This document shows, piece after piece, positions 1 to 9,164 of a stretch of 64,000 nucleotides of DNA. Position 1 is the stretch's first letter; every line of letters starts with the position of its first letter. The position numbers were made by a program, and so were the translations under genes. Source of the stretch: Spirochaetia bacterium (GTDB taxonomy: Bacteria; Spirochaetota; Spirochaetia; SZUA-6; Bin103); the NCBI GenBank assembly GCA_965203905.1, contig CBDBDQ010000005.1:4224001-4288000 (forward strand). Reading direction: 5' to 3'. The notes below the pieces were generated by a model that was not told the origin of the DNA, searched no databases, and worked only from the letters and a program-made list of their open reading frames with translations.

Positions 1-42
1 GGAGGACTACATCTCCGGCCGCTTCGGATAGGGAGGAACCAG

Positions 43-708
43 ATGACACCGCCACTGCGCGCCCAATACGTCCATGCCTTCGACGAGCTGCGGGAAGCGC
101 TCACGACCATGGGAACGCAGGTGGAGCGGGGAATACGCGGCTCGGTGCGCGCGCTGGCGGAGCACGACGTGAGCCGCGCGGAACTGGTATTGCGCGACGA
201 GGACACCGTCAACCGCATGCACCACGACATCGACGACTCCTGCCTGCGGCTGCTGGCCACCGAGCAGCCGGTAGCCACCGACCTGCGCCAGATCGTCGGC
301 ACGCTCAACGTGATCGCGCAACTGGAACGGATCGGCGACCTGGCGGTGCACGTGGCGCGGGTGGCGCAGCGGCTGGCCTCCGAGCAGCTGATCAAGGAAC
401 TGATCGCCATCCCGTTGATGGCCGACGAGACCTGCGCCATGCTGCGCGACTCGGTGCGCAGCTTCGTGACCCTGGACAGCGCCCTGGCGGAGCAGGTGAG
501 CGCCCGCGACAACAAGGTGGACGAGATCTACTCGCAGTTGTTTCGCGAGCTGCTCACCTACATGATGGAGACGCCGCGGAACATCACCCAGGCGTCGTCA
601 CTGCTGTTCGTGGCCAAGCAACTGGAGCGGGCGGGCGACCACACCACCAACATCTGCGAGGCGGCGATCTTCGTGATCACCGGCAAGCACGTCGACCTGA
701 ACCGCTGA
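43..708 (+). CDS. phoU: Phosphate signalling/transport regulator PhoU
   Basis: 221 aa with two PhoU repeats (QPVATDLR..LERIGDLA; LERAGDHTTNI); GGAGG RBS upstream. Confidence 0.95.
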   Translation: MTPPLRAQYVHAFDELREALTTMGTQVERGIRGSVRALAEHDVSRAELVLRDEDTVNRMHHDIDDSCLRLLATEQPVATDLRQIVGTLNVIAQLERIGDLAVHVARVAQRLASEQLIKELIAIPLMADETCAMLRDSVRSFVTLDSALAEQVSARDNKVDEIYSQLFRELLTYMMETPRNITQASSLLFVAKQLERAGDHTTNICEAAIFVITGKHVDLNR

Positions 709-731
709 CCGTCTGACCCCCTGACCGCATC

Positions 732-755
732 AGCGGCCCCGCGCACGGGGCCGCT
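732..755. terminator. GC-rich hairpin between convergent phoU and amtB, probably a bidirectional terminator
   Basis: agcggccccg-cgca-cggggccgct, perfect 10-bp stem; no strong U-tract. Confidence 0.55.
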
Positions 756-841
756 CGGTCACTCTACTCCAAAACCATGTCCGGCAGACGAACCAAGTGC
801 ACCGGGTTTCGTGGCCTCGGCGCCACGGGGGACCTTGCGTG

Positions 842-2200
842 CTACTCGGTGGAGAATACCTGGAAGCCGCCGTACGCGTCGGCGCCGTGCTCGGCGACGT
901 CCAGACCCTTGAGCTCCTCGTCGCGCGGCACGCGCAGGCCCATGACCACGTCGATCAGCTTGAAGATCAGTCCCATCACCACGATGATGAACACGCTCAC
1001 GGTGACCGTACCGAGGAGCTGGATTCCGAGCTGGGCGAAGCCGCCGCCGAACCACAGCCCGTTATTGGGAACTCCGAGAGCGGCCTGGCCCCAGATTCCC
1101 ACGGCCAGGGTGCCCCAGATGCCGTTCATGCCGTGCACGGCGATGGCGCCCACCGGGTCGTCGACGCGGCGGCGATCGAGGAAAATCACCCCGAACACGA
1201 CGATCACGCCGCCCACCAGTCCGATCAGTATCGCGTGCCCGGGTTCCACGAACGCGCACGGCGCCGTGATCGCCACCAGGCCGGCCAGGGCGCCGTTCAT
1301 CCCCATGGTGAGGTCGGGCTTGCCCGCCACCATCCACACGGTGGCGGTAGCGGCGATCGCGCCGGCGGCCGCGGCGAGGTTGGTGTTGGCGGCGACGCGG
1401 GCGATGAGGGAGCCGTCGCCCACGCCCAGGGTCGAGCCGGGATTGAAGCCGAACCAGCCGAACCAGAGCAGGAACATCCCCAGGGAGGCCAGCGGCAGGG
1501 AGTGGCCCTCCAGCACGTTGGGCTTGCCGTCCGGCCCGTACTTGCCGATGCGCGGTCCCAGCACCTTGGTGCCGATGAAGGCCGCCCAGCCGCCCACGGC
1601 ATGCACCACGGTGGAGCCGGCGAAGTCGGTGAAGCCGATGCCCGCGAGCCAGCCGCCGCCCCAGATCCAGTGGCCCACCACCGGGTACACGAAGGCGGAG
1701 ATCAGGAAGGAGTAGACCACGTAGGCGGGAAACTTCATCCGCTCGGCCATGCCGCCGGCCACGATGGTGGCGGCGGCGCCGACGAACACCGCCTGGAACA
1801 GCCAGAAGGCGAACAACGGCACGTCGGCCCCGGACTCGGCGCCGAGCAGCATCCAGCCCGAGGTCCCGAACAGGGCGTTGCCGGAGCCGAACATGATGGC
1901 GTAGCCGAAGATGAAGAAGCCGATCGACGCCATGCAGAAGTCCATCAGGTTCTTCATCAGGATGTTGGCGGTGTTCTTGGCGCGGATCAGGCCCGCCTCC
2001 AGCATGCCGAACCCGGCCTGCATCAGGAACACGAGGAACGCCGCCATCAGCACCCACATCGTGTCGATGCCGGTGATGATGTCGGCGATCTGGGTCGCCA
2101 CCGACGCGTCCTGGGCGAACGCGGGAGCGCCGGCCAACAATCCAAACAGAGCCACGAGGCTCGAAACCCGAGCCCAGCGGCTCGCTCTCAGCTTATTCAT
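842..2200 (-). CDS. amtB: Ammonium transporter (Amt family)
   Basis: FLMQAGFGMLEAG, DFAGSTVVH, LWFGWFGFNPGS and DDPVGAIAVHG motifs; N-terminal signal-like segment. Confidence 0.95.
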   Translation of the reverse strand: MNKLRASRWARVSSLVALFGLLAGAPAFAQDASVATQIADIITGIDTMWVLMAAFLVFLMQAGFGMLEAGLIRAKNTANILMKNLMDFCMASIGFFIFGYAIMFGSGNALFGTSGWMLLGAESGADVPLFAFWLFQAVFVGAAATIVAGGMAERMKFPAYVVYSFLISAFVYPVVGHWIWGGGWLAGIGFTDFAGSTVVHAVGGWAAFIGTKVLGPRIGKYGPDGKPNVLEGHSLPLASLGMFLLWFGWFGFNPGSTLGVGDGSLIARVAANTNLAAAAGAIAATATVWMVAGKPDLTMGMNGALAGLVAITAPCAFVEPGHAILIGLVGGVIVVFGVIFLDRRRVDDPVGAIAVHGMNGIWGTLAVGIWGQAALGVPNNGLWFGGGFAQLGIQLLGTVTVSVFIIVVMGLIFKLIDVVMGLRVPRDEELKGLDVAEHGADAYGGFQVFSTE

Positions 2201-2350
2201 CGCCGGTTAATTTACGTCCTGGGGCGCAAGTGGACAACGCCCGCCAAGCCAAACCCGGACTATCCCACGCTACAAGCCTGCTGCAATCGTAACTCCCGTT
2301 GCCCTCCGACCGACGCCCAACTGCCCAACTCGCACCCCGGCGAGTGCCGA

Positions 2351-3937
2351 TCACGGGGCCTCGCCTGGCGACGGCCCGTACTCCCGATGCCGGAAGCGAT
2401 TGTGAGCAGCACAGAGCACACGGAGATTCCCCGGCTCAGCGCTGCCGCCCAGCGCGAAGGGAACGATGTGGTCGAGCTCCAGCAGAAAGCGGGAGCCGCA
2501 GCGCCGCCCGCTGTGCGGATCGACGTAACTACAGCGGCCACCGTCGCGGCACCACACCTCGCGCTTCACTGTTGCCGGGATGTAGCGGGATCGACGCGCC
2601 CGGTGGGGCGGCTGCGCGCTGCCTCCGGACGGGCCGGCAGCCGCCGGCCGCGCCCGCGAACGGCCATCGAGCTGCGCCGCCGCTGCCGGCTTCGCTGGCG
2701 AAGGAGCGTTGCGACCGCGATCGGCCGCTGCCAGCGCGGTCGGTATTCTCTGGTCTGCCGGTGGCGTCGGCCGTGGCGTCGGTACGGTGGCGTGGGACCC
2801 ACGATCTGCCACCGACTTCGCCGCCGAAGCAGCGGAGCCGGGCGCAGTCGCCGCTGGCTTGGCACTCACCGGGGTGCTGCTGCCGCAAGTCTCGCGCCCC
2901 GACGGCGGCGCGGGCAGCGCTGCCACCGCCGGGGTGCCGGCGTGGCGGATCCCGCGCGTGGGTTTCTCTGCGGACAGCGCTGCCGGCGCCGGGGTGTTGC
3001 CACCGGTGATCGTGCCCTCCGGCGGCGCCGGCGGCGCTCCGGGTTGCTCTTGCGCGTCCCGCTTCGCCGGCGAAGCCGGCGCGCCTTCCGGCCCTTGCTG
3101 CGCCTGCGGCTCCGGCGCCTGGCCCGCGTTTGCCTCCGGGCGCCCGCCTCTGCGCCCGCGCGGCGGTCGTCCCGGGTCGTAGCGCTGCAGGCCGTCCTGC
3201 ACCAGCCGCTCTACCAGCTGCCCCAGCGTCAGGTGCGGGTCCACGTGTGACAGCAGTGCCCGTAGCTGCTCGATCCCGCACTGACACGCCGCGTCGATCA
3301 CCACCTTCAGCTCCCAGCGGCCGTCGCCCAGCGCCCGCATGCGATCCGCCGGCCGCGCCAGCTCGGGAGCCACCCCGGCCAACAACTGCTTCACCTCGCG
3401 GGTGCTCTTGCCGCTCGCCTGCGCCACCAGCTCCTGCCGCTGCGCCGCGTTCAGCGCCGGCACCGGTCGCGCCGGCGCCGCTGCCCCGGCCCCCGAAGCC
3501 CCAGGCCCCCGCGCCGTCCCCGTGCCGAGCGGCAGCAGCTCCGGTGCCGTGGGTGCCGCGCCGGGGTCCGCGGCGGCGGTCGCCGTGCGCTGCAGGAGAT
3601 CGAAGGTGTTCTGCAACTGCGCCGCCGCGCTCAGGGAGAGCGAGCCGTCCTGCAGCCGTTCGCGCGACCCGGCGGTATCGGAGCACAGGCGCATGGCTTT
3701 GATACGGCGCCAAGCGGCGCCTTCGCTGTAGCCCAGTTCGCGTACCGCGTAGTCGAACAGGCTGGAGAACCCGAGGCGCAGGTGCAGATGGCGCGCGTGG
3801 ATCTCACGCAGGTGATCGAGGACGGCAAGCTGCAGCGCCTGCTCGTGCAGGACGAGGGACCTGGTATGCGCCAGCAGCACTTGGTCGGGGAGCCCGGAGA
3901 GCGAGGAGGAGAAGCTGGTGGCGGTCGCGGCAGCCAT
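2351..3937 (-). CDS. HNH endonuclease with helical (DUF222-like) N-terminal domain and long Ala/Pro linker
   Basis: C-terminal YIPATVKREVWCRDGGRC...LELDHIVPFALGG...NLRVLCAAHN; N-terminal GFSSLFDYAVRELGYSEGAAWRRI. Confidence 0.85.
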   Translation of the reverse strand: MAAATATSFSSSLSGLPDQVLLAHTRSLVLHEQALQLAVLDHLREIHARHLHLRLGFSSLFDYAVRELGYSEGAAWRRIKAMRLCSDTAGSRERLQDGSLSLSAAAQLQNTFDLLQRTATAAADPGAAPTAPELLPLGTGTARGPGASGAGAAAPARPVPALNAAQRQELVAQASGKSTREVKQLLAGVAPELARPADRMRALGDGRWELKVVIDAACQCGIEQLRALLSHVDPHLTLGQLVERLVQDGLQRYDPGRPPRGRRGGRPEANAGQAPEPQAQQGPEGAPASPAKRDAQEQPGAPPAPPEGTITGGNTPAPAALSAEKPTRGIRHAGTPAVAALPAPPSGRETCGSSTPVSAKPAATAPGSAASAAKSVADRGSHATVPTPRPTPPADQRIPTALAAADRGRNAPSPAKPAAAAQLDGRSRARPAAAGPSGGSAQPPHRARRSRYIPATVKREVWCRDGGRCSYVDPHSGRRCGSRFLLELDHIVPFALGGSAEPGNLRVLCAAHNRFRHREYGPSPGEAP

Positions 3938-4384
3938 GGCGTAAATATAAGCATGACTGAGAAATGCCCGGTTGCGGCGAGTCCCGGACCGGCACCGGAA
4001 AGGGTGCAGGGCGGCGCTGGCGGTGTGCTGACGGGCCTGGAGGGCGTGGCGGGATGTTCGAAGGGGTCGGAGGGGCCGGAACGTGCGTCAGGAGGCCGTT
4101 ACGAGCAGCGCCATACCCGTCAAGTGCTCAGCGCACTTTTTTGGCATTTTTTTCACAATCCTGCCCCGCGACGCCGACGTGGAAGCAACGCATCGGCGGA
4201 GACCGGCGTGGCGGGTGGGCGGCGACCCGATCATTCCTGGACACATCGTACAGGAACCGAACCACGCACCCCTGAAGGTGGTGATCTGGCCGCCGCCGGG
4301 CCATCACCGCGGCTCGGCCACACATGGGGATGCAGACGTCGTTCAGCATGGGACGTTCTTGGGCCAACCGCGCGGCCGCCGGGT

Positions 4385-4413
4385 TTGACAGCCGGTCGCC
4401 GAGCGGATAGCGT
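4385..4413 (+). promoter_or_regulatory. Putative sigma70 promoter of tRNA-Val
   Basis: TTGACA-17 nt-TAGCGT upstream of the tRNA. Confidence 0.45.
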
Positions 4414-4468
4414 GCAGCGCAACGGGTGAGGCGCGGGGCCGGTGTCGGCCGGATCGCGGCCTGTTCGC

Positions 4469-4541
4469 GGGCGGTTAGCTCAGTTGGTAGAGCACTTGGT
4501 TTACACCCAAGTGGTCGGCGGTTCGAGCCCGTCACCGCCCA
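4469..4541 (+). tRNA. tRNA-Val (anticodon TAC), CCA not encoded
   Basis: Cloverleaf: gggcggt/accgccc acceptor, tagctcagttggtagagc D-arm, cttgg-tttacac-ccaag anticodon arm, ggttcgagcc T-arm. Confidence 0.97.
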
Positions 4542-4556
4542 GCCAAGACTGCGGAC

Positions 4557-5336
4557 ATGGTAACCGAGGCGGAGATCGCACAGTACGAGGAGCGGGGCCA
4601 CGTAACGATTCGCAACCTGCTGCCGCGCACCGACGTGGAGCGGCTGGTGGAACGGCTCGACGGGATGCTGGACGGAGGCTACCCCAGCGACGGCTTCGTG
4701 TGCGGGCCGGCATCCTGGGAGACCCCGGACGATCCGGGCCGCTTCATCCTGCAGGTCATGGCCACCCGGTTTCCGATCAACGACCCGGTGCTGGCCGCGC
4801 TGCACAACAACCGCCGCCTGCGGGAGGCGGCCGCCGCGCTGATGCGCTCCGAGCACGCCACCGTGTTCCAGCAGCAGGCGCTGATCAAGGGGACCGACGC
4901 GGCCAACGCCACCCCCTGGCACCAGGACGACCACTACTGGCAGTTGCAGCGCGCCGGCTTCACCGCGGTGACGGCGTGGATGCCGTTGCGCCGCACCACC
5001 GCCCAAGGCGGCACCATGTGGCTGCTGCCCGGCAGCCACCGCCACCGCATCCATCAGCACGAATGGACCCACGGCGTGAGCATGTTCAAGACCATCACCG
5101 GCGGCGTCCCGGTGCAGGACCTGATTCCCCTGGAGCTGGAGCCCGGTGACGTAAGCTTCCATCACAAGAACATGGTGCACGGCGCGTTCGCCAACCGCGG
5201 CGTGGAGCGCCGGGTGGCGATCGCCCAGCACTACCACAACGCCCCCGAACGAGCCGCCGCCTTCGCCCACCGCCGCGCCGACCCGGTACCGTGGAAGTAC
5301 CAAGTGAAGAAGCGCGTGCGCAGCGGCCGCGCTTAG
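4557..5336 (+). CDS. Phytanoyl-CoA dioxygenase (PhyH) family Fe(II)/2-oxoglutarate dioxygenase
   Basis: TPWHQD (HxD), LLPGSH, PGDVSFH and HGAFAN motifs. Confidence 0.9.
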   Translation: MVTEAEIAQYEERGHVTIRNLLPRTDVERLVERLDGMLDGGYPSDGFVCGPASWETPDDPGRFILQVMATRFPINDPVLAALHNNRRLREAAAALMRSEHATVFQQQALIKGTDAANATPWHQDDHYWQLQRAGFTAVTAWMPLRRTTAQGGTMWLLPGSHRHRIHQHEWTHGVSMFKTITGGVPVQDLIPLELEPGDVSFHHKNMVHGAFANRGVERRVAIAQHYHNAPERAAAFAHRRADPVPWKYQVKKRVRSGRA

Positions 5337-5441
5337 AACGCCACCTCCGGAGAGCTTGCTACCGGCGCCGCGGCCGCGTCTGGTGGTTTGACGCCGCGCG
5401 CGGGGGCGCCGTACTGTAGCCACGTCCGGAGGAGAGGGAGC

Positions 5442-7352
5442 ATGGGGCAGTCTGAGCGCCTGACCATGGGGCAGGCACTGGTGAAGTACCTGGCGGTTCA
5501 GTACAGCGAGCTGGACGGTACGCGGCGGCGGCTGATACCCGCCGTCTTCGGCATCTTCGGCCACGGCAACGTGTGCGGCCTGGGGCAGGCGCTGGAGCAG
5601 GGTGGGGGAGCGCTGCCCTACTACCAGACCCGCAACGAGCAGTCGATGGTGCACACCGCGGCCGGCTTCGCGCGCGCCATGCGGCGCACCCAGACCCTGG
5701 CCTGCACCAGCTCCATCGGGCCAGGAGCCACCAACATGGTGACCGGCGCCGCCACCGCCACCATCAACCGCATGCCGGTGCTGCTGCTGGCCTCCGACTA
5801 CTACGCCACCCGCCACCAGGGGCCGGTGCTGCAGCAGCTGGAGCACCCCTCCGAGGCCGACGTCAGCGTCAACGACTGCTTCCGGCCCGTGAGCCGTTTT
5901 TTCGATCGCATCACCCGGCCGGAGCAGCTCCTCACCGCGCTGCCGCAGGCGATGCGAGTGCTGACCGATCCGGCCGAGACCGGCACCGTGACCCTGTCGC
6001 TGCCGCAGGACGTGCAGGCGCACGCCTACGACTACCCGAGCAGCTTCTTCGCGGAGCGCACCTGGCGCATCGAGCGGCGTCCGCCCTCCCCGGAGCGCAT
6101 CGCCGAGGCGGCGGCGCTGCTCAAGGCCGCGCGCCGGCCGCTGATCATTGCCGGCGGCGGGGTCCATTACTCGGAGGCGTGGGACGCGCTGCACGCCGTG
6201 TCCACCACCTTTGGCATTCCGGTGAGCGAGACCCACGCCGGCAAGGGCGTGCTGCGCGGCGCTCCTGAGTGGTCGCTGGGCGGGCACGGGGTGGAGGGCA
6301 CCTCCGCCTCCGCGCGGCTGGCCGAGGAGGCGGACCTGGTCATCGCCGTCGGCACCCGCATGAGCGACTTCGTCACCGCCTCGCAGAGCCTGTTCCATCA
6401 CCCCGAGGTACGCTTCATCGGCATCAACGTGTGCGCGATGGACGCCTTCAAGCAGGGCGCGGTGCCGGTGGTGGCCGACGCCCGGCTGGCCCTTGAGGCG
6501 CTGCTGGAGGCGGGCCGTGCCGCCGGGGCGGCGTTCCCCGGGTACGAGAAGGACGTGGCCGAGGCGCAGGCGAACTGGGACAAGGTGGTGCGCACCGAGG
6601 CCTATGGCGACCACCCGGGCGAGGTGATGAGCGAGGGCCAGGTGATCGAGGTGCTCAACCAGCAGTCCCAGGGCGCCGATACCGTGGTTGCCGCCGCCGG
6701 CGGGCCGCCCGGCAACATCCTCAAGCTGTGGGACGTGAGCAACGGCAGCCGCTGCCACATCGAGTTCGGCTATTCCTGCATGGGCTACGAATTGCCGGCC
6801 GGCATCGGCGTCCGTATGGCGACCGGCGACGAGGGCGAGGTGTACGTGTACGTGGGCGACGGCACCTTCCTGCTCAACCCGATGGAGCTGATCACCGCGC
6901 TGCAGGAGCGGCTCAAGGTGACCGTGGTGGTGATCGACAACCACGGCTTCCAGGTGATCCGCCGGCTGCAGATGTGGCGTTCCGGGCACGCCTTCGGCAA
7001 CGAGTTCCGCGCCCGCGGCGGAGGCGAGGACAACGGCGGAGGTGACGACAACGGCGGAGCGCGGCTGGAGGGCGAGTACCTGCCGCTCGACATCGGCAAG
7101 ATCGCGGAGGGCATGGGCGCGCGTACCTGGCACGCGTTTACCCCCGACGAGGTGCGCGGCGCGCTGCGCGAGGCGCGGGCCGAGACGCGCTCCTGCGTCG
7201 TGGTGTGCGACGTGGAGAAGCACCGCTACGTGCCCGGCTCCGAGACCTGGTGGGACGTGGCACCGGCCGAGGTGAGCCGCAGCGAGGTGACCCAGACCCT
7301 GCGTTCCGAGTATGAGCGCGACCGCGCCGAGCTGCAGCGCTTCCACTACTGA
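5442..7352 (+). CDS. iolD: ThDP-dependent 3D-(3,5/4)-trihydroxycyclohexane-1,2-dione acylhydrolase
   Basis: RLTMGQALVKYL, GIFGHGNV, RNEQSMVH, HIEFGYSCMGYE and GDGTF motifs; RBS before ATG 5442. Confidence 0.9.
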   Translation: MGQSERLTMGQALVKYLAVQYSELDGTRRRLIPAVFGIFGHGNVCGLGQALEQGGGALPYYQTRNEQSMVHTAAGFARAMRRTQTLACTSSIGPGATNMVTGAATATINRMPVLLLASDYYATRHQGPVLQQLEHPSEADVSVNDCFRPVSRFFDRITRPEQLLTALPQAMRVLTDPAETGTVTLSLPQDVQAHAYDYPSSFFAERTWRIERRPPSPERIAEAAALLKAARRPLIIAGGGVHYSEAWDALHAVSTTFGIPVSETHAGKGVLRGAPEWSLGGHGVEGTSASARLAEEADLVIAVGTRMSDFVTASQSLFHHPEVRFIGINVCAMDAFKQGAVPVVADARLALEALLEAGRAAGAAFPGYEKDVAEAQANWDKVVRTEAYGDHPGEVMSEGQVIEVLNQQSQGADTVVAAAGGPPGNILKLWDVSNGSRCHIEFGYSCMGYELPAGIGVRMATGDEGEVYVYVGDGTFLLNPMELITALQERLKVTVVVIDNHGFQVIRRLQMWRSGHAFGNEFRARGGGEDNGGGDDNGGARLEGEYLPLDIGKIAEGMGARTWHAFTPDEVRGALREARAETRSCVVVCDVEKHRYVPGSETWWDVAPAEVSRSEVTQTLRSEYERDRAELQRFHY

Positions 7353-7359
7353 CCTGCCA

Positions 7360-8439
7360 GTGAACGCCGCCAACTACCGCAGTCCGCTGCACGAAATGAC
7401 GTGCACCACGCCGACCGCGTACTGGAACGACTCCTGCTCGCCGCGCGAGCTGCGCTACGCGCTGGAGCATGGCGCGGTGGGCGCGACCAGCAACCCGGTG
7501 ATCGTGGGGACCGTGCTGCAGCAGGATCTGGACCACTGGCGCGAGCCGGTCCGCGAGCTGGTGCGCGAGATGGCGTGCGCCACCGAGGACGAGCTGGCGT
7601 GGCGCGTATGCGAGCGGGTCACCCTGCACGGCGCCCGGTTACTTGAGGAAATATTCGCCCGCGGCGGCGGGCAGGACGGCCGCATGTCGATTCAGGTCGA
7701 CCCGCGCTGCTACCGCGACGCCGGACGCATGGTGGCGCAGGCGGAACACTTCGCGGCTCTGGCGCCCAACCTGATCGTCAAGCTGCCGGTTACCGCCGCC
7801 GGCCTGACCGCGATCGAGGAGGCCACCAGCCGCGGCATCAGCGTCAACGGCACGGTTTCCTTTTCCGTGTCGCAGGCGGTAGCGGTCGCCGAGGCGGTGG
7901 AGCGCGGCCTGAAGCGGCGCGAGGCGGAGGGTCGGCCGGTCGCGGAGATGGGGCCGATCGCGACCATCATGGTGGGGCGGCTGGACGACTGGCTGAAGGC
8001 GGTGATGGAGCGTGACGACATCATCACCAACCCCGGCTACCTGGAGTGGGCCGGGGTCGCGGTGATCAAGCGTGCCTACCGCATCTTCCGCGAGCGCGGC
8101 TATCGCCTGCGGCTGCTGGCGGCGGCCTACCGCAACCACCTGCACTGGTCGGAGCTGATCGGCGGGGAGCTGGTCGTGTCGATGCCGCACCAGTGGCAGG
8201 TGCGGTTCAACGCCAGCGACGTGGCGGTGACCACGCGTATCGACGATCCCGTGGACCCCGCGATCCTGGACGCGCTGCTGAGCAAGTTTCCGGACTTCCG
8301 ACGCGCCTACGAGGAGCAGGGGCTGGGTGCCGCCGAGTTCGACGGCTTCGGGCCCACGGTGCGCACCCTGCGCCAGTTCATCGCCGGCTATCACGAGCTG
8401 GTGGCGACGGTGCGCGACTTCATGCTGAAGGAGGAATGA
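7360..8439 (+). CDS. Transaldolase family protein
   Basis: YWNDSC, GATSNP, Schiff-base Lys in IVKLP, SVNGTVSFS; start uncertain (GTG 7360). Confidence 0.85.
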   Translation: MNAANYRSPLHEMTCTTPTAYWNDSCSPRELRYALEHGAVGATSNPVIVGTVLQQDLDHWREPVRELVREMACATEDELAWRVCERVTLHGARLLEEIFARGGGQDGRMSIQVDPRCYRDAGRMVAQAEHFAALAPNLIVKLPVTAAGLTAIEEATSRGISVNGTVSFSVSQAVAVAEAVERGLKRREAEGRPVAEMGPIATIMVGRLDDWLKAVMERDDIITNPGYLEWAGVAVIKRAYRIFRERGYRLRLLAAAYRNHLHWSELIGGELVVSMPHQWQVRFNASDVAVTTRIDDPVDPAILDALLSKFPDFRRAYEEQGLGAAEFDGFGPTVRTLRQFIAGYHELVATVRDFMLKEE

Positions 8440-8441
8440 CG

Positions 8442-9164
8442 ATGAGCGTATCGATCATGGAGGCGCGGCGCAGCGGCCGCGGACCCGCCATCTGGCTGGC
8501 CGGCGATCCCGCCGACCTGGGGAAGTGGCTGGAGCGCGGCGCCGTGGGCATCGTCACGAACACGGTGGTGCTGAACGAGATGGTGCAGAAGTACGGCCAG
8601 CTCCTGGACGTGGTGCGCCGCTACCTGGACATCACCGACAAGCCGGTGGTGGTTGAGGTGGAAGGCCATTCCACCCAGGAGCTGCTCGACGTCAGCCACG
8701 TGTTCACCGCCCTGTCGCCGCAGGTGGTGATCAAGATCCCGTGTACCGTGGCCGGCCTCGGCGCTTTCCGCGCCCTGGAGCAGGAGGGGGTGACCACGTT
8801 CTGCACCACGGTGTTCTCGCTGGCGCAGGCGGCGGCGGTGGCACAGGCCGGCGCCAGCCACGTGCTGCCGTTCTGCGAGCCGGTGCGGCAGATGGGCGGC
8901 GACCCCGGCAAGCTGGTACGCGAGTGCGTCGCCATGTTCGCCGGCTGGGAACAGCGGCCCTACGTCACTGCCGCCCTGGTGCGTACGGTGGAGACGGCGT
9001 ACGCGGCACTGCGCAACGGCGCCGACGGCATCATCGTGTTCTGGCCGATCTTCCGCGACATGATGGAACATCCGCTCACCGACACCTGGAACCAGACCTT
9101 CGCCGGCGAGTGGCAGCAGATGCAGGACGCCGGCCTGCTGCAGGGCGTGGTGTCACAGGGGTGA
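8442..9164 (+). CDS. Divergent transaldolase / fructose-6-phosphate aldolase family protein
   Basis: GIVTNT, VVIKIP, CTTVFSLAQA..AQAGA; C-terminal part of ORF 8046..9164; GGAGG RBS. Confidence 0.8.
   Translation: MSVSIMEARRSGRGPAIWLAGDPADLGKWLERGAVGIVTNTVVLNEMVQKYGQLLDVVRRYLDITDKPVVVEVEGHSTQELLDVSHVFTALSPQVVIKIPCTVAGLGAFRALEQEGVTTFCTTVFSLAQAAAVAQAGASHVLPFCEPVRQMGGDPGKLVRECVAMFAGWEQRPYVTAALVRTVETAYAALRNGADGIIVFWPIFRDMMEHPLTDTWNQTFAGEWQQMQDAGLLQGVVSQG

Noticed and set aside
797-3250. 817-aa + strand ORF
   Set aside because: Antisense shadow of amtB and the HNH gene; typical of high-GC DNA and has no motifs.
4525-4556. tRNA-Val as an integration site for an island
   Set aside because: No integrase and no repeat of the tRNA 3' end noticed in the window.
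7015-7060. Gly/Asp-rich duplication in iolD (GGEDNGGGDDNGG)
   Set aside because: Short in-frame tandem duplication in a probable loop; no evidence of wider significance.
4128-7373. 1081-aa - strand ORF
   Set aside because: Antisense to the tRNA, phyH and iolD; shadow ORF.
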